Source: a virus. From it: a DNA stretch of 35,317 nucleotides. Below the pieces are notes generated by a model. The model did no database searches and was not told the origin of the DNA. It was given only the letters and a program-made list of their open reading frames with translations. Positions within the stretch are counted from its first letter, which is position 1; each line of letters opens with the position of its first letter. Below are positions 1-9,514 of the stretch, piece after piece. A program made the translations under genes and the position numbers. The DNA lies in IMG/VR virus record IMGVR_UViG_3300045988_121885, positions 1 through 35,317 of that record; one strand, 5' to 3'.

Positions 1-55
1 TCTTGCTTCTCAAGTAAGGAATTTTCAACATCTTTACTGTTCGCTTTTTCCGACA
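1..55. repeat. Terminal direct repeat, exact copy of 35263..35317 (circular closure / assembly overlap)
   Basis: Read directly: tcttgcttctcaagtaaggaattttcaacatctttactgttcgctttttccgaca occurs at both window ends. A reading frame continues seamlessly across the join. Confidence 0.95.
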
Positions 56-575
56 ACGCTTTTGTAACAACTTTATTCTGTACTGCGTTTTCAGAAGTTG
101 TGGACAATCCATCGTCAATAGTTATTTCGGGTACATTGGCAGATATAACATTATTGCCGTCAATGGTAATGTTATCGCCCGCTGTAAGTTTGTCTTGCTT
201 TGATTGTTTCAACTGTTCAATTTCGCTTGGCGTATAAGGTTTTGGCTCTGTTCCGATTGTATCAGTGCCATACTTAACCTTTATATCCTCGCTCCAAAGT
301 GTTGGCAGGACGGTATCAGTTTTAGTGCCGAATATACCAATTCGGAATGAGCCACTTTCAGCCATAACCTCATACGGTATAGTAACAGTATTAGATAGTT
401 TATCTAATATAATATTTATGGGCTGACCGTGACAGCGTTTGAAAACGGCAGTAACGGCATAGTCTGTCCAAAAATCGTCAAGACCAATTTGACAAGTTTT
501 GCCTACCGTCCCTCTTACAAATTCCTCGGCAGTAACAATGACTATATTTTTTTCGTGTACTTGTAATGTCAACAT
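1..575 (-). CDS. Tail fibre / baseplate-upper-protein-like receptor-binding protein, N-terminal part of a wrap-around gene (575..1 then 35262..34713, 374 aa in total)
   Basis: ATG at 575-573 follows the RBS GGTGA. Hand translation MLTLQVHEKNIVIVTAEEF...SENAVQNKVVTKALSEKANSKDVENSLLEKQ is open to base 1 with 2 nt left over. The frame is completed by base 35262 and runs on to the stop at 34713. BppU_N-like N-terminus and a fibre-type NAVQNKVV motif. Confidence 0.75.
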   Translation of the reverse strand, partial: MLTLQVHEKNIVIVTAEEFVRGTVGKTCQIGLDDFWTDYAVTAVFKRCHGQPINIILDKLSNTVTIPYEVMAESGSFRIGIFGTKTDTVLPTLWSEDIKVKYGTDTIGTEPKPYTPSEIEQLKQSKQDKLTAGDNITIDGNNVISANVPEITIDDGLSTTSENAVQNKVVTKALSEKANSKDVENSLLEKQ

Positions 576-589
576 TTATATCACCTACT

Positions 590-1183
590 TTAAGCCGTTC
601 TGCGCCACACATATGCGCCGTAATAAGGCGGCATATTGTTGTGTGACTGCCCGCCGCCTGTACTACCGGTGTTTAAAGCCGGAGACACGAGCGTGGCAGA
701 TGCCATTTCCTTACGCGCCGGGACTGCACCGACATTCCCTATTTTTGTGTTCCAAACCATGACCGCGCCGTTTTCCGTATGCGCGTGCGCCGGTATTTCG
801 TTAACCGTCAGCGTGTGAGCCTTCTCTCCGCCTGTCGTTCCCGCCGTTTCGCCGTCGTCAATGCCCCATATAAACGCACCTTTTATTCGTTCCCATGTGC
901 CGCCGAATAAGTCCGCTGGTGACGTTGTTGCTGTGCTTGAATATATGCTACCGATAGGATGAGCCATTAGCAACAATTGCGTTATGGATATAGAGCCTAA
1001 CTGTATGCCACTTTTTAAAGTTTGAATTGCTTCGGCATTTGCGGCAATGGCTAATTCGTTTGCATTGCCCTGACCGTTGCAATCCTCTATTCCTTTTTCC
1101 ATTCGGTTAAGCTGTGCGGCAGTTATTGGTGTTGCCGTACTTGGCACGTCCTGCCAGTTTGTTTTAGTATAACTTGTTGCCAT
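590..1183 (-). CDS. Phage tail-collar domain fibre protein
   Basis: Motifs HTLTVNEIPAHAHT and GGGQSHNNMPPYYGAYVW are typical of the phage tail collar domain. The start is moved to the ATG (MATSYTK) 9 nt after AAGGAG, because the GTG used by the ORF track lies inside that RBS. Confidence 0.8.
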   Translation of the reverse strand: MATSYTKTNWQDVPSTATPITAAQLNRMEKGIEDCNGQGNANELAIAANAEAIQTLKSGIQLGSISITQLLLMAHPIGSIYSSTATTSPADLFGGTWERIKGAFIWGIDDGETAGTTGGEKAHTLTVNEIPAHAHTENGAVMVWNTKIGNVGAVPARKEMASATLVSPALNTGSTGGGQSHNNMPPYYGAYVWRRTA

Positions 1184-1195
1184 TATATACACTCC

Positions 1196-2485
1196 TTAAT
1201 TAGATGTTATTTCACTGCTGACCGTTGCTCTTAGGGCATTTATGCCCGAAACGGAGCAGTTTAAAATCGGAATAATTATTGTTCTGCCGTCCGTGGTTGT
1301 TACCTGAATATTATCGCCCGGTTCAAGAAATGGCGCATAGGTATAATCTAGATTGGCTACGACATATTTTGAATTAAGCAGATAAGGGCAAATTTTCCTA
1401 ATAACTTGATAAATAAAACTGCTTTCAGTCCCGGAAGTCCCGCTCCAAAAGAGTGAGGCAAAAGCATTGTCACAAATCGTCATATCAAATTCATATGCGG
1501 GTGTTGCGTTAAATTGTCCTGCGGGGTTCGCCCACATATTCTGCCAGCTTGCGACTGTTGAGCCTGTTTCGTTTGACAGCCTTTTAACTCTGTAACAAGC
1601 ATAAGCAGTGTTCTGCAAATCGTCATAGTCTACGCTGATATAATACGGTAATTCATAAATGGGTTTTTTCGGTATTTGTGACAGCAAAGGAAATAAATTA
1701 CTTGACGGATAAAGTGTTTGAGACGGATAAACCAAATCTATTACATTATCAATTCGGATAAATTCAATTTCATCAGTAAAAAATAACTGTGGTGTGTTCA
1801 CAAATTCTGTTTCATCAGCAAATTTATGCTTTGTAATTTTAATGTGTGCACCTAGGGCATTACCAATAAAACTCAACAATTCTGATATGAGTATTCGCTC
1901 TACCCCCGATATTATTTTAAACTTGCCAACACCAAAAAATGGGAAATTCAATTTTGTTTTTTCAATGTCCAAGAAAAACGGTGCAACATCCGAACCAATC
2001 AAAGTGCCGATAAAATCTGCAAAAGTTATTTCCGTTCCAACGGCATAACCATTATAAACACTTGCACAGTTTGAATTAAGCCGTTCGGATAGCAAACTTG
2101 ATATAGTTGCCGATATTGCTTGTCTGTTATTTGTAAACCGTTCTTGTGTGATTGTACCTGTCATATAGACAATATATTCGGTGCCGATTTTTTGGTATAC
2201 GGTGCAGTATTTCCCTAAATACCGTTCTCCCTCATATCGCCATTGTATTGACATCTGCGGTAAAACGAATGTACCAAACTCAAATGTGTTGCTGTCTATA
2301 ACACCCTCGTTGAATTTCATACTCTCGCTTATTATTTGACCGCCCGTTATGCGTTTGACAATCTTATAATAAGTATCGCCCTCAATATCGGGGTTGTCTA
2401 CTAAATCATAAATCGCAACCGTTATAGGCTTTTCTACACTATCTTTAAAGCATAATGCTTTATTTTCGGCAGATAAATCTACCAT
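1196..2485 (-). CDS. Tail-tip / baseplate structural protein (Tal-like by position)
   Basis: 429-aa ORF two genes after the tape measure, with a GGGGG RBS 7 nt upstream. No motif recognised; the call rests on synteny only. Confidence 0.5.
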   Translation of the reverse strand: MVDLSAENKALCFKDSVEKPITVAIYDLVDNPDIEGDTYYKIVKRITGGQIISESMKFNEGVIDSNTFEFGTFVLPQMSIQWRYEGERYLGKYCTVYQKIGTEYIVYMTGTITQERFTNNRQAISATISSLLSERLNSNCASVYNGYAVGTEITFADFIGTLIGSDVAPFFLDIEKTKLNFPFFGVGKFKIISGVERILISELLSFIGNALGAHIKITKHKFADETEFVNTPQLFFTDEIEFIRIDNVIDLVYPSQTLYPSSNLFPLLSQIPKKPIYELPYYISVDYDDLQNTAYACYRVKRLSNETGSTVASWQNMWANPAGQFNATPAYEFDMTICDNAFASLFWSGTSGTESSFIYQVIRKICPYLLNSKYVVANLDYTYAPFLEPGDNIQVTTTDGRTIIIPILNCSVSGINALRATVSSEITSN

Positions 2486-2497
2486 AAAACCGCCCCC

Positions 2498-2917
2498 TTA
2501 ATATTCGATAAATGCAAGCCGCACTTTATCCATAAGCACCTCACCATTGCGAATAAGCAAGGGTGTAAATGTTATGTCGGGCATATAAAACTCCCCTTGC
2601 TCATATGTGTGTGTATCAAAACAATAGTGGATAATTTTCAGCTTTCGTTCCTTTGCGTTTATAATACCACTATTTAAGATATTTTGCAAGGACAATATCT
2701 CTCTTTCAAATAAGGGCGGTGTATTCCATTCCAGTTTTGACCTTGTGTGGGCTAAAGTGTTGCGGTGCAGTTTACCTAAATTATCTTGATAACTGTCAAG
2801 GTCTTGCCGTTGGTTCGGAGTGGAAACATAGCTTGTTAAAGATATATACTTATTTGGTATAGGTACAGCTGTGTTATCACTCGCCCTTATTACTTTTACA
2901 AAATATGTGTCAAACAT
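2498..2917 (-). CDS. Distal tail protein-like structural protein (by position)
   Basis: 139-aa ORF immediately downstream of the tape measure, RBS TAGGAGTGGGAG. Synteny only. Confidence 0.45.
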   Translation of the reverse strand: MFDTYFVKVIRASDNTAVPIPNKYISLTSYVSTPNQRQDLDSYQDNLGKLHRNTLAHTRSKLEWNTPPLFEREILSLQNILNSGIINAKERKLKIIHYCFDTHTYEQGEFYMPDITFTPLLIRNGEVLMDKVRLAFIEY

Positions 2918-2934
2918 ATGCTCCCACTCCTAAA

Positions 2935-4899
2935 TTAAAATGCACTTGCGCCAGTGCGCCGTTTAAAGTTATTGTTTTGGTTTCTAACAGCCGTGAATAC
3001 CTCTCTGCCGTCAATCTGTACCGTGATAGGCTGACTGCCACCGCTTGTTTTCCCCATAGCGTCCACAACGGCATTATATACACCCAGTGAAACGGCTTGA
3101 ACAATTTGGTCGTTATTTGCAACTGCCGTCCTGCCACCGATAGAGCCGACCATTTCAGGCTTGCCGTTTTCCCTTGTCATAAATAACTGCGCCGAATTAA
3201 CAAAACCGCCACTTGCGTAGCCTTTAATTTTGCTCGAATTTTTCTTAACAAAATCATCTTTCAACACATTGCCAGATGTTGAACCGAAAATTCGTTTTAC
3301 GGCTCCTGTTATAATACCTTGTGCGGCATTATATAATAATTCAACAACCTTTTTAATAGGGAATAAGACATTTACAAGGTTTTTTAAAAAAGTGCCAACG
3401 GAATGTGTCTCAAAATAATTGATGACTGATTTGCCAATGCCTTTTATCAAATCAACGACTGCATTAACAACCGCGCCACCTATTTTTTCCCAACTTTCGG
3501 GTTTAATCATAAAATCAGCTATTTTATCAAATAAATTTAAACAACTATCTATAGCTTTCTTGCCGACTTTTTCCCAATCTATGCCGTCTATAAAGTCCGC
3601 TATTGCATTGAAAATTTTCGTGTATGTTTCGGCATTTGTTATCCAATTAACAAATTCATCAGTAAAATCCAAAGCGCCAATCACTAAACCGCTAAATGTT
3701 GACCCCAAAGATTTCCAATCCAAACCTTCAATTAAATCGTTTATGCCGCCAAATAGTGTAGCCCCCAAATTGCCAAAATCAAAGTCATTTACCAATCCGT
3801 CAGCAAAGTTAATAGCCATATTAAGTTTATCGGCTATAGTTCGCCCCCATTTATTTTGGTCGAGACTGCTAATAACACCATTGATTTTCTGTGCTAACAA
3901 AGAGCCGACAGATTTCCAATCGCCGTTTTTAATGCTGCGTATAAGAGCGCCAGCAAAACCGCCTTTTACATTCACATCGGCGATTTCAAACATTTTAGAA
4001 TAATCGTCACCAGCGGTAGCCGAGCCGCCCATATTGCTTGTAATATTATTGATTTCATCAAAACTCGCCAGCGCATTACGGTTAGCCTTTGCAGTTTCGT
4101 TTGCAACTTCGGCATATTCTTTTTGATATTTGATAGCCTTTTTAAAAGTTTTTTGCCCCGTAAGTGCGGCAAATATTTCAGCTAAACGGTTAGCCATATC
4201 AGCCAATCTATCAACAGCTTGCTCAATGGCTGGTGTAAAGTAATTGATTATCGGCGCTGTTGCCGCTCCTATGGCATTTTTAAGATACAGAAAACTTGTA
4301 GATAGCCTATCCAAACTATTGGCAAATCTGCCGTCAATGGCTTTGCTATACTGATATAAATTAGCCGTTCCCTCTTGTATACTCTTTGTAATGGTTTGGA
4401 ATACAGATGATAACACACGGTATATCAAGAAAAATTGAATACTATCCGAAATTCTCCGCAATAGTTTATGAACGCCTGTAAGAGATTTATGTGCCTTATT
4501 GGAACGCTTAGAAATATCACTTAATGATTTTTTACCGTTTTTGCCGACTTTATCAAAACTTGCGGAAAGTTTGTTAGTAGACTTTGTAATAGGCTCAATA
4601 GCAGTGTTAATTTCTTTAATTTTTTCAGTGCTTTCCTCGGCAGAAGCAGATATTTTTTTTATACTGTCAGCGGTCTTTCCAAATTTATCTGATACGGTAT
4701 CTTGCCATTCTAATTTTGGCAATTTCATATCAGATATTTTTTCAACCGCTTCTTCCACACTAGAAAAATCCCAGCCTTTTGAAAGTGTCTGCTGCAGTTT
4801 TTCAAGCTTTTTATCGATTTCATCAATCTTTTCACTTGAATTTTTTGTATCGACTTCTATGTCAATGCCAATTCTATCAACATCATATTCATTTGCCAT
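2935..4899 (-). CDS. Tail tape measure protein
   Basis: 654 aa with a coiled-coil-rich N-terminus and hydrophobic/Gly-rich central repeats. It follows the chaperone pair. RBS AAGGTGGTGA. Confidence 0.85.
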   Translation of the reverse strand: MANEYDVDRIGIDIEVDTKNSSEKIDEIDKKLEKLQQTLSKGWDFSSVEEAVEKISDMKLPKLEWQDTVSDKFGKTADSIKKISASAEESTEKIKEINTAIEPITKSTNKLSASFDKVGKNGKKSLSDISKRSNKAHKSLTGVHKLLRRISDSIQFFLIYRVLSSVFQTITKSIQEGTANLYQYSKAIDGRFANSLDRLSTSFLYLKNAIGAATAPIINYFTPAIEQAVDRLADMANRLAEIFAALTGQKTFKKAIKYQKEYAEVANETAKANRNALASFDEINNITSNMGGSATAGDDYSKMFEIADVNVKGGFAGALIRSIKNGDWKSVGSLLAQKINGVISSLDQNKWGRTIADKLNMAINFADGLVNDFDFGNLGATLFGGINDLIEGLDWKSLGSTFSGLVIGALDFTDEFVNWITNAETYTKIFNAIADFIDGIDWEKVGKKAIDSCLNLFDKIADFMIKPESWEKIGGAVVNAVVDLIKGIGKSVINYFETHSVGTFLKNLVNVLFPIKKVVELLYNAAQGIITGAVKRIFGSTSGNVLKDDFVKKNSSKIKGYASGGFVNSAQLFMTRENGKPEMVGSIGGRTAVANNDQIVQAVSLGVYNAVVDAMGKTSGGSQPITVQIDGREVFTAVRNQNNNFKRRTGASAF

Positions 4900-4935
4900 A
4901 TAATCACCACCTTAATGGTTATTATTTAATATATA

Positions 4936-5660
4936 TTATCTTTTGCCTAAATTCTTAAAGAATATATAGGCTTTCAACCTCTCGGCTTTCAACTGTTCCT
5001 CGGTCATACATTCCTCGGATTGCGCCTTAAAATTGTCTGTAAACGGTTTTTCAGGATAGTCGGGTATTTTATTGGCTGTGTTCTTATCTGCCAGTGTAGC
5101 CACCAAAATGGACGAATTAAGGGCGTTCTTGAACCAAGCACCTAATTCCCACCGTTCTTGTGCTTTTATTTTCTGCCTTTGTTCGTAAGCCTCAAAGTCA
5201 ATTTGAATTGTTTTAGGTGTAAGCCCCCAAAAGTCGGAACGCAAACCGCCTATTACTAAATATGGGAGTAACCATTCGTGATAAACCCACTCTTTGATAC
5301 TCCCATACTCCTCAATAGTTTTTTGCTTTTTTGCGGTTGAGTTTATTCCTCGCTCGTTGCAGTTTCCTTTTTTTCCACCGACTGTTGGGCTGCGCGAAAA
5401 AAATCACTTTCGACAAAAGCTTCCATAAGCGGCGCACAATCGTCAAACGAGCCACCGTTTTTAAGATGTGCCATAATCTCCGCTCCTGCCTGTTCAACAG
5501 TAATGTCGCCAAACCACGCTAAAAGCGCTCTAAAAGCTGACATACTGGACTTTTTGAGAGCGGGGACACTCAGCCCTAAATCTTCAAGCTCACATATTGC
5601 ATTGAAGTCAATCGCCTTGTCGAGATTGTAGTCCTTGCTATTTATTGTTATTTTTTTCAT
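4936..5660 (-). CDS. Tail assembly chaperone gpGT-like fusion made by -1 programmed frameshift at 5373..5367
   Basis: The -1 frame is open from 5403 down to the stop at 4936. The slip gives ...SVEKK-GNCNERGINSTAKKQKTIEEYGSIKEWVYHEWLLPYLVIGGLRSDFWGL...KNLGKR. The listed downstream ORF 4936..5244 starts only with a TTG and has no RBS. Confidence 0.7.
5343..5660 (-). CDS. Tail assembly chaperone (gpG-like, zero-frame product)
   Basis: 105-aa acidic protein between the major tail and tape measure genes, RBS GAGGAG. It ends ...SVEKKETATSEE and contains the slippery heptamer in phase. Confidence 0.8.
   Translation of the reverse strand: MKKITINSKDYNLDKAIDFNAICELEDLGLSVPALKKSSMSAFRALLAWFGDITVEQAGAEIMAHLKNGGSFDDCAPLMEAFVESDFFRAAQQSVEKKETATSEE
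5367..5373 (-). other. -1 slippery heptamer A_AAA_AAG (dnaX-type), in phase with the gpG frame
   Basis: The minus strand reads GTG GAA AAA AAG GAA, so the heptamer phase is X_XXY_YYZ in the zero frame. Confidence 0.7.
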
Positions 5661-5710
5661 AATTAACTCCTCGGTTATAAAAAATGTTCAATCTTTGACT
5701 GATTATTTTA

Positions 5711-6202
5711 TTATTTGTTGAGTAATGACTGCGCTTTATAGGTCGGGTCAGTCGCAAATACGGGTTCGCCAGTAGGCGTAACATAGAGGGTTGTTTCATA
5801 AAGTGCATTAGCACTCGCCTCAGGTATTCCCATATGTGCAGGCTGAATAGTCACATAAGCCGATTTATCAAATCCCGGTATATCGAAACAAAGCCAAGTT
5901 CTTTTATTTGTAGCAATCCCGGCTTCATACGCCGTAACCATAGCTTCCCAAATGTTGTAAAGTTCCTGTGTAAAGTTTGCGGATATTTCAAGCGCACCGC
6001 CAAGGTCTTTCAGCAACTGAACATAGGAAGTATATTCTGTGTTATCAAAAGTAGTAGCGTCTGCCGTGTTAGGTGACGGGTTGAATGACGGGATAGATTT
6101 TAAATCAGGTATATGCGTATAATCAGCAGTGGGTCTTGTTCCCGCCGTTGCTTCTACTGCATAAGACACTTTAATGCCTATTGTAGATAATGCAATTCCC
6201 AT
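5711..6202 (-). CDS. Major tail protein
   Basis: 163 aa upstream of the chaperones. The sequence (MGIALSTIGIKVSYAVE...TFDNTEYTSY) resembles phi13-type major tail proteins. RBS AAGGAG. Confidence 0.75.
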   Translation of the reverse strand: MGIALSTIGIKVSYAVEATAGTRPTADYTHIPDLKSIPSFNPSPNTADATTFDNTEYTSYVQLLKDLGGALEISANFTQELYNIWEAMVTAYEAGIATNKRTWLCFDIPGFDKSAYVTIQPAHMGIPEASANALYETTLYVTPTGEPVFATDPTYKAQSLLNK

Positions 6203-6222
6203 AGTTATAACTCCTTTATAGA

Positions 6223-6660
6223 TTATTTATTAACAGTAAGATTAAATCTTAATATACTGTAATAGGTTGTAGTGCCGTTTTCATAGGGCGTACTATTCGT
6301 CCATTGCGCACGGCGTGTATTTAAAATTTTCGGTATGTTTTCTTTGATAGTGTTCTTAGCAAACCAATCACAAAGTTTTTCACTTAACAGACTGCAAGAT
6401 TTTTGCGCACTGTATTTCTTACCGCCTATATTCATTTGATTAGCCATAACAATTATTTGCAAATAGACATCTGCGACTTGTTCGCCCTCAAATGTAGTGG
6501 CTCGGTCAAGCTCCGCATTATCCATAATGGCAAGCAAGATTTCGGGTGGGTTAGGTTTAGAACCGTAAGGATATTGTTCTTTAATGCCGATTGACATACT
6601 CAATTCTTTATCTTCGGCTATTCTGCCATTGATATAGCTCTTTAGTTCGTCTATAAGCAT
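6223..6660 (-). CDS. Tail terminator / tail completion protein (by position)
   Basis: 145-aa ORF directly upstream of the major tail gene. Synteny only. Confidence 0.5.
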   Translation of the reverse strand: MLIDELKSYINGRIAEDKELSMSIGIKEQYPYGSKPNPPEILLAIMDNAELDRATTFEGEQVADVYLQIIVMANQMNIGGKKYSAQKSCSLLSEKLCDWFAKNTIKENIPKILNTRRAQWTNSTPYENGTTTYYSILRFNLTVNK

Positions 6661-6663
6661 TTA

Positions 6664-7167
6664 TCACACATCCTTTTCGTCTAAATACTGCTTAATGGCT
6701 TTTGTAGCTCCACCTTTTCTAATATGCTCGGCAGTGCGCCACATTTGTGCTTGCGCTTCCCAACCCTCAGAAAAGTTGTTCCCCCAAAACCAACCTTTAA
6801 CATTGTTGACGGTAGCTTTTGTGTCGGGGTTATCGTAATAATATTCCCAACCATTTGTGGTGTGGGTCTTGCCTGCGCTCTCAAATGTTATTGGCTTTGT
6901 AGGCAAATTCCCCTCATAAGAACCTTTACCGACCAAACCTGTACCATATTCAAGAAATGCAACTTGTTCGCCCTCGGCGGTTATCTTTGCTTTCCCATTG
7001 CCAGTGTTTTCGGTGCTAACCATTATGCTATCACCGCTGTAAAGCGATTGAGCATAATTACTCCCATATTTGGAAATAGCTAAGGCAAGTTCGTCACTTG
7101 TTGTCTGTTTAAGCTTTTGTAATCGGTTTCTAAAACCAGTTATGCCAGTTACAGTAACCTTGCTCAC
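6664..7167 (-). CDS. HK97 gp10-like neck/tail-completion protein
   Basis: 167 aa in the head-tail joining block, N-terminus MSKVTVTGITGFRNRLQKL. Its start overlaps the upstream stop. Confidence 0.5.
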   Translation of the reverse strand: MSKVTVTGITGFRNRLQKLKQTTSDELALAISKYGSNYAQSLYSGDSIMVSTENTGNGKAKITAEGEQVAFLEYGTGLVGKGSYEGNLPTKPITFESAGKTHTTNGWEYYYDNPDTKATVNNVKGWFWGNNFSEGWEAQAQMWRTAEHIRKGGATKAIKQYLDEKDV

Positions 7168-7526
7168 GGCTCTATCCTCTCCAATGTGATTGTATAGGAT
7201 ATTAAGTGATTAAGAACGGCAGTAACCATAGCGTTTGCACCGTCACCGTTGATATAATTTTTATCAGCAGTATTTGGCTCGTTGCCCTCAATGTAAAGCA
7301 AATCGCCCTCATTAAATATATTGTCAAAATAAGGCTTTTTGGCTTTCATATTCCAAACTCGGCTCAACTTTTCACCATACTGCAATGTGGCAAGATAACC
7401 GCTTGCAGAATTGATTGACAAATAGTTAAAGGCAAGTTTGTATTCTTTCGGGTCTTCGTAAACTACTATGCCCTCGTCATTCTCACCTATTTTCTTGCAA
7501 AGCCATATTGACTGCCCAATTTTCAT
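7164..7526 (-). CDS. Head closure / head-tail adaptor protein (by position)
   Basis: 120-aa ORF translationally coupled on both sides, in the connector block. Confidence 0.5.
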   Translation of the reverse strand: MKIGQSIWLCKKIGENDEGIVVYEDPKEYKLAFNYLSINSASGYLATLQYGEKLSRVWNMKAKKPYFDNIFNEGDLLYIEGNEPNTADKNYINGDGANAMVTAVLNHLISYTITLERIEP

Positions 7527-7876
7527 TGCTCTATCACCGACTTCGTAACAGCTTTTGCTTTAGGTGTAATAGTAGATAACAGTGTTCTTGAAATATGCGC
7601 GCTGTCAAAAGTAAAACTCATACCGTTTTCGGAATATGCCGTAACAGAAGACAAACCGTCACGCTCTAACGTTTCTTGCATTATACTACGCACAATGCTG
7701 ACATCTCGGGCATGTTCCTCGGGTATCTCCATTATTGTACGGTCAAAAGGAAAGGACAGCGACAGATATAAATTCAATGAGCAGTGGTATAAATCGTCGA
7801 CTTGTTCTTCCGTCAAATAGCTATACTTTTTATGGAAGTCTTCTTTCATCACACTTACTAAATCATTTACTTTCAT
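7523..7876 (-). CDS. Head-tail connector (gp6-like) protein
   Basis: 117-aa ORF just after the capsid gene. Its size and position are typical. Confidence 0.5.
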   Translation of the reverse strand: MKVNDLVSVMKEDFHKKYSYLTEEQVDDLYHCSLNLYLSLSFPFDRTIMEIPEEHARDVSIVRSIMQETLERDGLSSVTAYSENGMSFTFDSAHISRTLLSTITPKAKAVTKSVIEQ

Positions 7877-7914
7877 AAGTCGCTATCCTTTCAGCGTAAA
7901 TTATAGATTACTAA

Positions 7915-8874
7915 TTAGCCTTTTTTGGGCTTAATCTTAATGCCTTTAAGTACAGCCGCTTTAAGAGTGTTCTTGAGGACAGTACCAGCAACCAGCTCAA
8001 CCTCGCCTTTCTTAACTGCTCCGGGAGCGGTCATATCGGGCATATAGGTATTGATTACGTTGTTGCCAACGGGGGAAATGCCGTGGAAAGCGTCAAGCCC
8101 GAGAGCAACAGCATATATAGCGGTTGTACCCTCTGCGGCGGCTGTAGGTGTCGAGGTCGGTATAACATCAACAGTCTTTGTGCCATTGTAATAACCGCCA
8201 ACATCCATAAGCGGAATATCGTTGTAAGCCTCAACGGGTCTGCCAAACGCGTCTTCGCCGCGGGTGTAATAACCAGCTCTACGGGCGGCGCTTCTTAACT
8301 TAGACAGCATTTCTCTGTTCATAAGCAACATAGAGGGCTTGCCGTCAACCGCCGAAATAACGGTATCAAGCTCATCAAGGAACGCCGAATAATTGTTATC
8401 CATATTTGCCGAGGTGGTAAGGTCTACCGCGCTTGTAAACTCATTTTCAGTACCCTCAAGAGCTTTAGCAAGTCCGCTGGTAGTGTCGTTGATAGCCTTG
8501 TTATGGAAGAAGTTGGCGGTTGCTTTAATCTTCTGCTCAGCCTGAAAAGCAAGCTCATCAACAGCGCCGCTTGTATTCTGGAGAACACGGTCAACCTCAA
8601 ACGAACCACCCATAATTTCAGCCTTAGCGGTCTTTTCCTCGCGCTTAGCTTCACCGGGAGTGTACTCCGAGTTGATAGCACGAACAGCCGCGGTGGACGG
8701 GGTTTTAAGCTGAATATATCCATAAGTCAGCGTTGAACCACCTGTGCCGGGGGAAATTGCGTTGTCAAATGTCAGCGCGTCAAGCAACAGTGACGAACGT
8801 CTGAACATATCAATTATCTGCTGGTCGACTTTATCAGCCATACCAACCTTTGCTTCTGCGAGTGTAATAGCCAT
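7915..8874 (-). CDS. Major capsid protein
   Basis: 319 aa following the scaffold gene, with a strong RBS AAGGAG and an abundant-protein-like composition. Confidence 0.8.
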   Translation of the reverse strand: MAITLAEAKVGMADKVDQQIIDMFRRSSLLLDALTFDNAISPGTGGSTLTYGYIQLKTPSTAAVRAINSEYTPGEAKREEKTAKAEIMGGSFEVDRVLQNTSGAVDELAFQAEQKIKATANFFHNKAINDTTSGLAKALEGTENEFTSAVDLTTSANMDNNYSAFLDELDTVISAVDGKPSMLLMNREMLSKLRSAARRAGYYTRGEDAFGRPVEAYNDIPLMDVGGYYNGTKTVDVIPTSTPTAAAEGTTAIYAVALGLDAFHGISPVGNNVINTYMPDMTAPGAVKKGEVELVAGTVLKNTLKAAVLKGIKIKPKKG

Positions 8875-8888
8875 AGTAAAAAACTCCT

Positions 8889-9407
8889 TTATTTATCGTA
8901 TTTTTCGTGTAGGGCTTCTACCAATGAAGCAGGCTCTACATCAAGTTTGCCATTGCCTGCGGCGGGCGGATTGACATTATTTTTAATATCCTGCGCCGCT
9001 GATTTCTTAGAGGCACTTTCCACTCTGTCGGACATAACCTTTGCAAAAGCGGACGGTGACTGTTCATTTTCCATAAGGTATTTAATTTCCTCGCTGGAAA
9101 AGCCGTTGTCAACAAGCTGTTCTTTAGCTTTGAGAGCGGCAAGTTCTTTTTCCATTGCTTGCACTCTTGCTATCTCAGCCGCAGAGGTTTCAGCCTGTTT
9201 TTCTTCCTCTGTCTGCTTTGAAGCTTTATAATCGCTATATTCTTTTTTGATAGATTTAAGCGAATTTTCGGCTTCTGTCAGTCTGCCTTTAGCGACATAA
9301 TCGCCTTTTGATAGGTCGGCTAACTTCATTTTGGATATGATTTCACCGATTTCTTCGGCAGTCATACCCTCTTTGTAGGCTTCGCCTAATAGTTCTTGTA
9401 GTGTCAT
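8889..9407 (-). CDS. Scaffolding protein
   Basis: Charged coiled-coil protein between portal and capsid. The start is moved to MTLQELLGEAYK (ATG at 9407-9405) behind GGAAAGAGGA. The 24 upstream residues in the ORF track lack an RBS. Confidence 0.7.
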   Translation of the reverse strand: MTLQELLGEAYKEGMTAEEIGEIISKMKLADLSKGDYVAKGRLTEAENSLKSIKKEYSDYKASKQTEEEKQAETSAAEIARVQAMEKELAALKAKEQLVDNGFSSEEIKYLMENEQSPSAFAKVMSDRVESASKKSAAQDIKNNVNPPAAGNGKLDVEPASLVEALHEKYDK

Positions 9408-9514
9408 AGTTCCTCTTTCCTGTATCAGCCTTAATTTGTAAATCCGCAGTCGGCTCTGCGCTTGATACATTCCTACCATAAACGCTGATAGGGGAGCGAA
9501 TTTATAAAAATGCC

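Noticed and set aside
3419-4903. Plus-strand ORFs 3419..4003 (194 aa) and 4499..4903 (134 aa)
   Set aside because: Both lie antisense within the tape measure gene, have no RBS, and have the serine/leucine-rich composition typical of shadow ORFs. The same reasoning applies to the other listed ORFs nested in the portal, capsid, terL, PAPS-reductase and endolysin genes.
5397-5403. T_TTT_TTT as the primary frameshift site of the chaperone gene
   Set aside because: It is in phase and enters the open -1 frame, so it cannot be excluded. A_AAA_AAG, 24 nt downstream, is the classical high-efficiency bacterial heptamer and gives the more typical G/GT overlap. It is reported as secondary.
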